Shown here: piece by piece, positions 9,202-18,455 of the stretch | Numbering within the stretch: position 1 is the stretch's first letter | Layout of the letters: each line of letters begins with the position of its first letter | Assembly (NCBI GenBank): GCA_965228735.1 | Contig: OZ245838.1 | Coordinates: 5,856,001 to 5,920,000, forward strand | Direction of reading: 5' to 3' | Length of the DNA stretch: 64,000 bases | Source of the DNA: Planctomycetota bacterium | Lineage (GTDB): Bacteria > Planctomycetota > UBA1135 > UBA2386 | Made by a program: the position numbers and the translations under genes | Notes under the pieces: model-generated | Database searches by the model: none | Told to the model about the DNA's origin: nothing | The model's input: the letters and a program-made list of their open reading frames with translations, nothing else

Positions 9202-12051
9202 ATGACCAAGCGGCCGGAGACGGACGACGACATCGTCGAAGACATCCTCGGGCGCTGGTTCGACCTGCAGCTGGCCGGCGAAGCGCCGGACCTCGACGAG
9301 CTCTGTGCGGAAGCGCCGCACCTGCGTGAGCGGGTGCGGGGCCTGCTCGAGCGGCAGCAGGAGCTGATCGGTCCCGCGCCCGCGGAATCGCAAGAACGCG
9401 ATCGTCCGTCCGGTCGCCCTGCGGTCGGGCCGCTCCCCATGGACCGGCTCGGCGGCTTCGAGCTCAAGTCGCGCATCGGTTCGGGCGGCATGGGCGATGT
9501 CTACCTCGCGCGTGAGGTCGAGCTCGACCGCATCGTCGCCCTCAAGGTGTTGCGTCGCGAGTTCTGCGACGATCCGCTGCGGCGGCTCCGATTCCGCCGC
9601 GAAGCGCAGCTGACCGCGGCGCTCGACCACCCGGACATCGTGCCGATCTACGGCACGGGGGAGGACGCGGGACACGTCTTCCTCGTGATGAAGCACCTGC
9701 CGGGGACGACGCTCGATCGCGCGATCGGGCTCGCGCCGCGGCGTCTCGCGCGGATCGGTGCGCGCGTCGCGCACGCGCTGCACGCGGCCCACGAGGTCGG
9801 CATCGTGCACCGCGACGTCAAGCCGGGGAACGTCCAGGTCGATGGCCTCGACGCGGACGGCAGAAGCGACGACGTCTGGGTGCTCGACTTCGGCCTCGCG
9901 CGCGGGCGCGTTGATCTCACGCTGACGACCGAAGGGCAGGCACCGGGGACGATGGCCTACATGCCGCCCGAGCAGCTGCGCGGCGACAGCAGCGGCGTCG
10001 ACCCGCGCTGCGACATCTATTCGCTCGGCGCGACGCTCTACCAGTGCATCGCGGGACGGCCGCCGTTCGACGGCGACCGCCCGGAGCAGATCGTGCGTCG
10101 CGCGCTGCTGCACGAACCGGCGCCGCTCGAGCTCGCGCCCGTCGATCGCGACCTCGCGACGATCATCATGCGCGCGCTCGAGAAGGACCCGGGGCGGCGC
10201 TTCGCGTCCGCGGCCGAGTTCGCTGCGGACCTGGAGCGATACGTGGCCGGCGAGCCGATCCACTCGCGGCCACCGAGCACGTTGACGCGGTTCGTCAAAC
10301 TCGCGCGGCGGCATCGGGTCGTCGCGTCGGCGTTGGCCGCCGCGCTGCTGGTGGCTGTCGTCCTGGTCCCGCAGCTCGTTGCCAACGCGTGGCAGCGCGC
10401 GGCCGAGCTCGACCGGCGTTTCGAGTTCGTCGAGACGACGCTCGCCGGCGGGCTCCCGGCCGTGGCGTTCGGGAGATTGCTCGAGCTCGAGAGTTCCGCG
10501 GCCGCCGAGGACGCGCGGTTCGGAGCGCTGCAGTCAGAGGCCAGGGCGACGCTCGCGCGCGACGCGCTGCTCGATCGCATCCTGCTCGATGCAGTGCATT
10601 TCACGGTGCCGGCGGATGGCGAGTTCGTGGCGGCCATGGCCGATTTGCCGGACAACGTGCGCGGCCAGGAGCTCACGGCGGTCGCGTTGGCGTTTCTCGA
10701 GTACGGTCAGGGCAATCTCGGGAGGGCCACGGAAGAACTCGGCAGGCTCGCCGGCACGGGTGCGATGCCCCGTTTCGTCGCGGTATTCGAAGCGCTGCTG
10801 GGGGGGCGGGATCCGGTTGCTGCAATCGCGAACACCGACGTCGGCGCCATGCCCGTCGAGGACCACGTATTCGCCGCTGCCGTGTTGCGAAACGCGGACG
10901 CGTCGTCGGGAGCGATGGAGGCCGAGATCCGGGCTGCGTTCGAGCTCGACCCTGCATCGCCGCGAGCCCGGTTGATGGTGGCGGTGTGGCACATCGTGCA
11001 GGGCGAGGCTGCGCGGGCTCGCGAGACGCTGCTCATGCTCTGGGACGATCGGCGGCCGCGACCGGAGTTGCATTGCGAGATCGCGAGTCTCGCGCTCATC
11101 GACTACGAGACTCGATTGGCCGCCGAACAGATCGAGCGGGCCGAGTCTGCGCTGCTGGCCACGGGACGCCGGCCCGCCCAGAACGCCCCGTTGGCGCGCG
11201 TGCGGATCCGACTGCACACGAAGCGTGGTGAGTTCGATCAGGCGGTGGCCCTGCTCGCGGCAACACGCGAACGGCTCGGGGACGATGAGTGGCTACACGG
11301 TTGCGACGTCGAGATCGCGCTCGGTCAGGAGGATTGGGGCGCGGCACGGCAACGTGCACTGCGGATGGCCGCCGTGGCGAAGGCGCCGTGGAATCGACGC
11401 CGCGCCGAGGCCGTGCTGTTGCAGATCGCCGTGGCCACATGGGGGGAGGCCCCCGATGAGGAGTCGGGTCGGGCGCTCGTCGAGCGCGCCAGGGACCTCG
11501 CGGACTCCGCCGACAAGGCCGGCCACCGATGGGCGGGCGCCATTGCACAGCTCGCGATCTTCGACGTTGGCAAGAAGATGGCTGGCGAGTTGCTCGTGGC
11601 CGATCCCGCCGAGGCACTGCGCTGGGAACATGAGTACTGGCGGGCGTTGCTGGCCGCGTTCGAGTTCGACGACGGCAACGCCGGGGCGACGATCGAAGCC
11701 GGGATCTACCTGCTCGACCGGCTCGCCGACCGCGAGCGTGATCCGGCCGCGGAGTTGTGGCTCGGTGATACGGTACGGCAGGCACGGCAACGTGCCGTGA
11801 GGCTGTCCGAGAGCGCGTACCGGGGCGAGCGGACCATCGAGTTTGCGGATCACCTGCTGCTCGCGGTCCTGGGGGCCCGGTTGTCCGCCGAGGTCGAGGA
11901 CGACGCGGCGGCGAAACGAGCCGGTGCGATCGCCGCGGCGTTGCTCGGGCGGCCCGGGGTCGAAGTCGATCCGCAGATCACGTCGATCCTGGATCAGGCC
12001 CGCGAGAAGCTCGGGCTGACGAAGTGGCCGGCGCCGGCCGACCATCGGTGA
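9202..12051 (+). CDS. Hanks-type Ser/Thr protein kinase with TM segment and TPR-like C-terminus
   Basis: GSGGMGDVY, VALK, HRDVKPGN, DFGLAR, GTMAYMPPEQ, DIYSLG; hydrophobic segment after ARRHR; helical repeats downstream. Confidence 0.93.
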   Translation: MTKRPETDDDIVEDILGRWFDLQLAGEAPDLDELCAEAPHLRERVRGLLERQQELIGPAPAESQERDRPSGRPAVGPLPMDRLGGFELKSRIGSGGMGDVYLAREVELDRIVALKVLRREFCDDPLRRLRFRREAQLTAALDHPDIVPIYGTGEDAGHVFLVMKHLPGTTLDRAIGLAPRRLARIGARVAHALHAAHEVGIVHRDVKPGNVQVDGLDADGRSDDVWVLDFGLARGRVDLTLTTEGQAPGTMAYMPPEQLRGDSSGVDPRCDIYSLGATLYQCIAGRPPFDGDRPEQIVRRALLHEPAPLELAPVDRDLATIIMRALEKDPGRRFASAAEFAADLERYVAGEPIHSRPPSTLTRFVKLARRHRVVASALAAALLVAVVLVPQLVANAWQRAAELDRRFEFVETTLAGGLPAVAFGRLLELESSAAAEDARFGALQSEARATLARDALLDRILLDAVHFTVPADGEFVAAMADLPDNVRGQELTAVALAFLEYGQGNLGRATEELGRLAGTGAMPRFVAVFEALLGGRDPVAAIANTDVGAMPVEDHVFAAAVLRNADASSGAMEAEIRAAFELDPASPRARLMVAVWHIVQGEAARARETLLMLWDDRRPRPELHCEIASLALIDYETRLAAEQIERAESALLATGRRPAQNAPLARVRIRLHTKRGEFDQAVALLAATRERLGDDEWLHGCDVEIALGQEDWGAARQRALRMAAVAKAPWNRRRAEAVLLQIAVATWGEAPDEESGRALVERARDLADSADKAGHRWAGAIAQLAIFDVGKKMAGELLVADPAEALRWEHEYWRALLAAFEFDDGNAGATIEAGIYLLDRLADRERDPAAELWLGDTVRQARQRAVRLSESAYRGERTIEFADHLLLAVLGARLSAEVEDDAAAKRAGAIAAALLGRPGVEVDPQITSILDQAREKLGLTKWPAPADHR

Positions 12052-12064
12052 CCCGTAGGTCGAT

Positions 12065-13057
12065 CTACTCCTTCTCGAGCGACCCGATCACCACGCGCGC
12101 CCACTCGACCGGCCGCAGCGTCCCCGTCGCCTGCAGTCGCAGCCGCACGTTCACGTCCCGATTCCCCGGATGCACCGCCGCCACGCTCGCGACGCCGACG
12201 GTGATCGGCGCAGGCGGGATGCCGCGGGTGACGACCATGCTCGCTTCGAGGGCGCGTTCGCCGTAGGCGGTGACCTCGATCGGGAAGACGCAGTGTTCGC
12301 CCTTGCCGATCGGGGTCGGGTGCGGCCAGACGCGCGTGCCGTCGACGCCGAAGTTCATCTCGATGCCCTTCGTGAAGTTCAGGGCCGCGGTCAGCAGGCT
12401 CGGCTTCTGGACGGCGCGCTCGAGCAACGGGGCGAGGGGTTCGGCGCCGAGCACGAGCTCGATGATCGTGCGGATCGCGAACATCGAGATCAGCGCGCGG
12501 CGGCGCTCGGCGGTGGGTATGGCGAAGACTTTGGCGAACCGCTCGTCTGGCGTGAGGTCGGGCGTCGCCAGCGCGATCTCCGCCATCGGCCCGAAGCCCA
12601 CGCCGAGCACTTCGGCCGGCAGGGCGCTCGTCTTCGATTCGCCGACGACGTTGCCACTCGCATCAGTGACGAGCAGATGGCAGGTCACGGCGCCGTGCAG
12701 CTCGATCTCGAGCGGCGGTCCGCCCGTATCGGGCGTGAACGTCGCCGTGCCGGTGGCGCTCTTGTCGAGGGCCGCGATCGCCGTGCGGACGAACCACGTC
12801 TCCGGCGGTTTCTCGGGTTCGTGGATCGTCAGCGAGTAGACGGCGCAGTCGCCGAGCTTGGGCTCCTGGCTCGGCGGCGCGCTGCTGTCGACCAGGAGCT
12901 CGGCGGGCACGTCGATCGCCGGGCTGTCGTGCAGCGGGTCGAGCGGCTGCGGGTCGAACGGCGGCGGCGGTGAACTGGTGCAGGCCGCCAATGCCAACAC
13001 CGGCGCGATGACGGCGGCGGACTGGATGGCACCGATGCGCAGGTGGAGGCCGACCAT
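12065..13057 (-). CDS. Hypothetical lipoprotein
   Basis: Lipobox LALAA-C followed by a Pro-rich linker; start chosen from TAGCGT 7 nt upstream of ATG 13057. Confidence 0.7.
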   Translation of the reverse strand: MVGLHLRIGAIQSAAVIAPVLALAACTSSPPPPFDPQPLDPLHDSPAIDVPAELLVDSSAPPSQEPKLGDCAVYSLTIHEPEKPPETWFVRTAIAALDKSATGTATFTPDTGGPPLEIELHGAVTCHLLVTDASGNVVGESKTSALPAEVLGVGFGPMAEIALATPDLTPDERFAKVFAIPTAERRRALISMFAIRTIIELVLGAEPLAPLLERAVQKPSLLTAALNFTKGIEMNFGVDGTRVWPHPTPIGKGEHCVFPIEVTAYGERALEASMVVTRGIPPAPITVGVASVAAVHPGNRDVNVRLRLQATGTLRPVEWARVVIGSLEKE

Positions 13058-13260
13058 GAGCGGAACGCTACCGAACTCGACGCGCCCGTCGCGCGTGCGC
13101 CGAGAAATACGACCGGACGCCCGCGGCCCCACGACCGCGGTCCAGGGGCCGATCTGCGGTCTCTTGGGCCGCTTCTCGCTCTTCCTTGGACACCGCTGAA
13201 ATCGTGGCGGTCGCACGGGTGCGCTGCCGCCTCCAGGGTTGAACCCGATCCAGGCACCCC

Positions 13261-14337
13261 ATGTCCGAGCCCGCCGCCCCCCGAATCGTCCGCTTCGTCC
13301 TCCTTGCCATCGCGCTCTGGTGCGCGCTGCAGCCGTTCCTGCCCGGTCAGACCTTGCCCGAGCGCTGGAACCGCGCGGCGGACTGGGGGCTGCAGGCGAC
13401 GCCCGGCAACCCGTGGGCGGACAGCCAGGGCAACGTGATGTGGTCGGCGCACCATCGCCGCGGCGGCATGTCGTTCGGTCAGTCGACGACCCTCGATCCC
13501 GCGTGGCAGGGCTGGGTCTCCGGCGGTGCCGCGATCTACTCCGGCGTCGCGCCGATCTACCAGAACGGCCTGGTGCACGAGTGCTACTACAATGTCCTCT
13601 GGGCGCGGCACCATCTGATCACGCCCGTCGTCGAGTTCCGGAACGTGACGGCGCAGGCCTTCGACCTCGCGATCGGTGGTCACCTCACGGTGTCGTGGAC
13701 CGGTCCGCAGGGGATCGCGCACGACACGCCGGTGACCGTGCAGCTGCAGCTCTACGACACCGGCACCGCGACGAACAGCTTCCTGGTCGACACGGTCGTC
13801 AACAAGCCGACGCCGGGCGGGACACCCGAGAGCCTCGCGTTCCCCGTCAACATCCCGGCGTTCACGTTCCACCCGCAGAGCCGGATCCTGATCACCGTGG
13901 TCGGCCAGAACTACAGCACGGGCACGAGCTGGATCATCCTGACCGACAAGAACCTCGACTACGTGCGGAGCGTCACCGCGACCGAGGTCGTGCGGCAGGC
14001 GACGCCGCCGAACCCGCTGACCCTGCTGCCCGGTGTGACGAGCCGCCCGCTGCTCGGGTCGACGTGGGATCCCGTGATCGGCAACGCGCCGAGCAACGGT
14101 ACCTTCGATCTGCTCGCGCTGGGCTTCGTGCCGCTGCATCAACCGACGCCGGTCGGCATCGCGCTGTGCGATCCGGTCGCGGTCGAGGTCGCGCTGTCGG
14201 GCACGCCGTTCGCCGTGGACTTCCCGCTGGAATACACGTTCCTCGGCCTGCCGCTGTGCACGCAGGGCGCGAGCCTGACGAGCGCGTCGACGATGTCGTT
14301 GAGCAACGCGCTCGATATCACGCTCGGCGATCTGTGA
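13261..14337 (+). CDS. Secreted hypothetical protein with lineage-typical C-terminal beta domain
   Basis: Signal peptide, beta-rich body, ends ...FLGLPLCTQGASL...SLSNALDITLGDL. Confidence 0.75.
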   Translation: MSEPAAPRIVRFVLLAIALWCALQPFLPGQTLPERWNRAADWGLQATPGNPWADSQGNVMWSAHHRRGGMSFGQSTTLDPAWQGWVSGGAAIYSGVAPIYQNGLVHECYYNVLWARHHLITPVVEFRNVTAQAFDLAIGGHLTVSWTGPQGIAHDTPVTVQLQLYDTGTATNSFLVDTVVNKPTPGGTPESLAFPVNIPAFTFHPQSRILITVVGQNYSTGTSWIILTDKNLDYVRSVTATEVVRQATPPNPLTLLPGVTSRPLLGSTWDPVIGNAPSNGTFDLLALGFVPLHQPTPVGIALCDPVAVEVALSGTPFAVDFPLEYTFLGLPLCTQGASLTSASTMSLSNALDITLGDL

Positions 14338-15484
14338 CGCGGCGGCGGCGGCGGATCCTGTCGATCAGGCAGAGCAGGAAGCCGGCGCCGAGCACGCCGT
14401 AGAACCACTGCCACATCGAGAAGTTCCACGGCAGCGACAGCCGGGGTTCGCGAGCGTCCGCTGTGGCGAGCAGCGCCTGCAGGGCCGCGTCCGAGCGCAC
14501 GTCCTCGCCACGTGCGATCGCGGCGGCTTCGAGTTCCTGGAACGCGGCGAGCCAGCGGTCCGCGCTCGCGCGCTGCTCCGCGTAGAACGATTCGGAGGGC
14601 GGCACGTTGCCCTGGGAGACGTGAGTCTCCGCTTCGCGTTGGTGCGCCACGATGTTGGCGCAGGACTTGCGCAGGACATCGGACGCCGGGTGGCCGCGCT
14701 CGATCGCGTGGCGGAACGACCACCACGCCAGATGCAGGTGCTCCTTCATGAGGAACAGCTCGCCGAGTGTTCGATAGAGCTCCGGGCCCTCGATCCCGCC
14801 GAAGCGCAGCATGCCAGAGGCGGCCTCATAGGCCTCGTTCCAGTCGAGCTCGCGATCGTTCCGCCACGGACTGGTATCGAGACCCTGCTCCGCCACCACG
14901 AACCAGTAGATGCTCTTGCCAGGCCTCGGTTGGTAGTTCGCATGCCGCAGGAAACTCGTGCTCGACCACAGCGTCGGGTCTCTCTTCGCCGCCGCGATGT
15001 ACTCGATCAACTCGATCTGATACCGCTCGCGCCCGAAGTGCGCGTCCGGGTTGATCGCGACGGCGCGCCGCAGTTCGACGAGCCCCTCGTCGAACCTGCC
15101 GGCGTGGGCGAGGAACGTGCCGAGGTTGGCGTGATACCGATACCGGTGCTCGTCGTCGGGCGTGTTCGTGAGCGCTTTCTGCTTTCGCGCCATCACCGCG
15201 ATCGCGGCGTCACGATCGCCGAGGCGCTCGTGCGCGACGGCGAGGTCGTCGAGTTCGGCCAGCGTCAGCTCGCGTTCGCCGCCGAGCCGCTCGAGCCGTT
15301 CGCGGTAGTACGCGTCCGAGTGCCGGTGCCAGCGCCCGGTGACGAGGTCGAACGCCTCGGGCAGTCCGCGCAGCTCGGACTCGAGCGTGTCGCTGTCCCA
15401 GATGCACGGCAGCAAGGCGGCCGGCGCGAGCACCAAGGCGAACGCGAACGACCGCGCCCCTGACCCGACGGCGCCGCCGCTCAT
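14318..15484 (-). CDS. Exported TPR-like protein with C-terminal membrane anchor
   Basis: Signal then CIWDSDT; TPR-like YHANLGTFLAHAGRFDEGLVELRRAVAINPDAHFGRE; terminal TM helix plus RRRRR. ATG overlaps the upstream TGA (ATGA). Confidence 0.75.
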   Translation of the reverse strand: MSGGAVGSGARSFAFALVLAPAALLPCIWDSDTLESELRGLPEAFDLVTGRWHRHSDAYYRERLERLGGERELTLAELDDLAVAHERLGDRDAAIAVMARKQKALTNTPDDEHRYRYHANLGTFLAHAGRFDEGLVELRRAVAINPDAHFGRERYQIELIEYIAAAKRDPTLWSSTSFLRHANYQPRPGKSIYWFVVAEQGLDTSPWRNDRELDWNEAYEAASGMLRFGGIEGPELYRTLGELFLMKEHLHLAWWSFRHAIERGHPASDVLRKSCANIVAHQREAETHVSQGNVPPSESFYAEQRASADRWLAAFQELEAAAIARGEDVRSDAALQALLATADAREPRLSLPWNFSMWQWFYGVLGAGFLLCLIDRIRRRRRVTDRRA

Positions 15485-16629
15485 CGGGCGTAGAGCCACA
15501 CGAAGCCGTGCGTCTTGATCTTCTGCCCGGAGGTCTGCCACGTGACGTCACCGACGAGCAGGTCGGGCCGGCGGTTGCCGTTCCAGTCGCAGACGTGGAC
15601 CTTGACGCGTTGGCCGCACGGCTTCTCCGGGCGCGTGCCATCAGCGGCGCGCTTGCCGTATGCCGGCTGCGCCACGAGCAGCCCGGCCTCGGCGTAGCGC
15701 GGCCGACCGCCCTTGCGCCCGACGTTGCGATACCAGTGTACCGCGCCGTGTTCGCTGCCGACGACGAGGTCGATGCGGCCGTCGCCGTTCCAGTCGGCGT
15801 GGTGCGCGTTGCTGCCCTCGATGACCGTGCCCTTCTCGGTCTTCAGCGGCTGGAACTCGGTGGACCACTGCGGCTCGCTGCGCGTCCCGACGTTCTCGAT
15901 CACGAGCACGGGATCGCTGCGCGCGCCGACGACGAGGTCGAGGTCGTCGTCCTCGTCCATGTCGACGAGCTCGGGCACGACCGAGTACTCGGGCAGGATG
16001 ATCGCCTTGCCGTCGACGTTCTGCAGGTGCTCACGCTTGCCGAAACGCGGGAGGCCGGTGCTCGCCGACGTGGCGGCCGCGGCCGTCGTCGTCGAAGCGT
16101 CCGCGGGACCATTGGCGGCGAGACCGCGGAACAGATACAGCTGCCCCGTGTACGACCCCGTGACGATGTCGAGGATGCCGTCGTGGTCGTAGTCCACGAA
16201 CTGTGGACAGAACGAGAGGCATCAAGTGATCGGGACGGCGGCGTCCTCGCCGTTCGCCTGCAGGTAGGAGAAGCTCGCGAACTTCGGCCTCTTCGCGGAG
16301 CCGACGTTGCGGTAGATCCGCACCTTGCCGTTGGCGAAGCGGCCGGCCTTCTTCCAGCCTTCCGCGAGCTCGTCGGGCAGCTCGGCGTTGTCGAACTTGC
16401 CCGTGCCGAACTCGCCGACGAGCAGGTCGCGCAGGCCGTCGCCGTCGAAGTCGAAGAAGTACGGCGCGGCGTGGCCCGTCGTCACGTCGATCGGTTCGCC
16501 GGCGGCCTCGAGCAGGACCGGATTGCTGAGTTCGGGGCGCTGGCTCCCGCGTTGAGCCGGGGCTGGACTCATCAGGAGCGAGAGGACGAGCGCGCCGGCG
16601 CTCGCGGTAGCAACAGCAGGTCGTGCCAT
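15481..16629 (-). CDS. Secreted FG-GAP/VCBS beta-propeller protein, 382 aa with in-frame UGA at codon 136 (candidate selenocysteine)
   Basis: ORFs 16222..16776 and 15481..16197 are in the same frame and join as ...DAAVPIT-UGA-CLSFCPQFVDYDHDGILDIVTG...; five DxDxDG/DWNG Ca-binding blades; signal peptide from ATG 16629 after GGAG. Confidence 0.75.
16174..16224 (-). promoter_or_regulatory. SECIS-like stem-loop immediately 3' of the in-frame UGA
   Basis: mRNA reads UGA + 13 nt + GUCCAC-AGUUC-GUGGAC, with lower pairings UCGU/ACGA and GAUGCC/GGCAUC. Confidence 0.6.
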
Positions 16630-16821
16630 CGAGGTCTCCGAGGGGTCGGGTCGCCGAGCGTGGGGGCAGCCGGGTGACCCGGAGAGCCCGGGTTTCGGCC
16701 GCCGTGAGCGACCGGCGCAGTGTAGCGCGGCGGGCGGGGCGCGGGGGCTCGACGGCCCGATGCTCGAAGCCGGCACCTCAGAGCCGTAGGATTCGGAGCC
16801 CTGATCAGGAGTCCACTACCA

Positions 16822-18453
16822 GTGTCCAACGCCAGCTTCGAAGTCCCCGTCCCGCAGAACGAACCGATCACGCCGTACGCGCCCGGCACGGCCCCGCGCG
16901 TCGCCCTCGAGGCGGAGCTCGAACGCATGGCCGGCGAGGTGACGGACATCCCGATGATCATCGGCGGCAAGGAGATCGCGACGGGCGACACGCACGACGT
17001 CGTGATGCCGCACGATCACGGCCACGTGCTCGGCAAGTGTCACCACGGCAGCTCGGATGCGGTCGATCAGGCGGCCAAGGCCTGCAAGGCGGCCGAACGC
17101 GAGTGGCAGAACACGCCGTGGGAGCACCGCGCGACCGTGTTCCTCAAGGCCGCCGACCTGCTCGCCGGCCCGTGGCGCGATCGCATCAACGCGTCGACGA
17201 TGCTGGGCCAGAGCAAGAACGCGTTCCAGTCGGAGATCGACGCGGCGTGCGAGCTCATCGACTTCTGGCGCTTCAACGTGCACTACATGCGCGAGATCTA
17301 CAGCGAGCAGCCGCAGAGCGCGCCGGGCATGTGGAACCGCCTCGAACAGCGCGGCCTCGAGGGCTTCGTGTTCGCGATCACGCCGTTCAACTTCAGCTCG
17401 ATCGCGGGCAACCTGCCGACCTCCGCCGCGCTGATGGGCACGACGTCGATCTGGAAGCCGTCGTCGACCGCGGCGCTGTCGGGCTACTGGCTCATGAAGC
17501 TGCTCGAAGAGGCCGGGCTGCCGCCGGGCGTCGTCAACTTCGTGCCGGGTCGCGGCCCGGACATCGGCACGCCGGCGCTCGCGCACCCCGATCTCGCGGG
17601 GGTGCACTTCACGGGTTCGACGGGCACGTTCCAGACGATCTGGGAGTCGGTCGGCAAGAACATCCGCAACTACAAGTGCTACCCGCGCATCGTGGGCGAG
17701 ACGGGCGGCAAGGACTTCGTGTTCGCCCATCCGTCGGCGCACGTGCCGGCGCTCGTGACCGCGCTCGTGCGCGGCGCGTTCGAGTACCAGGGCCAGAAGT
17801 GCTCGGCCGCGAGCCGCGCCTACATCCCGAAGTCGATCTGGGGTGACGTCAAGGATCGCCTCGTCGCCGAGGTCGCGCAGATCAAGATGGGCGACGTCCG
17901 CGACTTCTCCAACTTCATGAACGCGGTCATCGACGAGCGCGCGTTCGACAAGATCGGCAGCTACATCGACGAGGCCAAGAACGCGAGCGATGCCGAGGTC
18001 ATCGCGGGCGGCGAGTTCGACAAGAGCAGCGGCTACTTCATCCAGCCGACCGTCGTGGAGACGACCAATCCGAACTTCAAGACGATGGTCGAGGAGATCT
18101 TCGGCCCGGTGCTCACCATCTACGTCTACGACGACGACAAGCTCGACGAGACGTTGACGCTGTGCGACACCGCGTCGCCGTACGCGCTGACCGGCGCGAT
18201 CTTCTCGCAGGATCGCTACGCGGCCGTGAAGATGAGCAAGGCGCTCGAGCACACGGCCGGCAACTTCTACTTCAACGACAAGCCGACGGGCGCGGTCGTC
18301 GGCCAGCAGCCGTTCGGCGGCGGACGCGCGTCCGGCACCAACGACAAGGCCGGCAGCAAGCTCAACCTGCTGCGCTGGTGCTCGGCGCGCACGATCAAGG
18401 AGACGTTCGTGCCGCCGACCGACTGGCGCTACCCGTTCATGGGGAACGCGTAG
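16822..18453 (+). CDS. pruA: L-glutamate gamma-semialdehyde (P5C) dehydrogenase
   Basis: EIDAACELIDFWRFN, PFNF, FTGST, GETGGKDF, FEYQGQKCSA, EEIFGP, GQQPFGGGRASGTNDKAG; SD AGGAG before GTG. Confidence 0.95.
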   Translation: MSNASFEVPVPQNEPITPYAPGTAPRVALEAELERMAGEVTDIPMIIGGKEIATGDTHDVVMPHDHGHVLGKCHHGSSDAVDQAAKACKAAEREWQNTPWEHRATVFLKAADLLAGPWRDRINASTMLGQSKNAFQSEIDAACELIDFWRFNVHYMREIYSEQPQSAPGMWNRLEQRGLEGFVFAITPFNFSSIAGNLPTSAALMGTTSIWKPSSTAALSGYWLMKLLEEAGLPPGVVNFVPGRGPDIGTPALAHPDLAGVHFTGSTGTFQTIWESVGKNIRNYKCYPRIVGETGGKDFVFAHPSAHVPALVTALVRGAFEYQGQKCSAASRAYIPKSIWGDVKDRLVAEVAQIKMGDVRDFSNFMNAVIDERAFDKIGSYIDEAKNASDAEVIAGGEFDKSSGYFIQPTVVETTNPNFKTMVEEIFGPVLTIYVYDDDKLDETLTLCDTASPYALTGAIFSQDRYAAVKMSKALEHTAGNFYFNDKPTGAVVGQQPFGGGRASGTNDKAGSKLNLLRWCSARTIKETFVPPTDWRYPFMGNA

Positions 18454-18455
18454 TC

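Noticed and set aside
16222..16224. Simple nonsense pseudogene or genome-wide UGA reassignment
   Set aside because: Both halves are otherwise intact and a SECIS-like hairpin follows. Many other genes here end at TGA with ATGA overlaps, so UGA is a normal stop. A pseudogene is not fully excluded.
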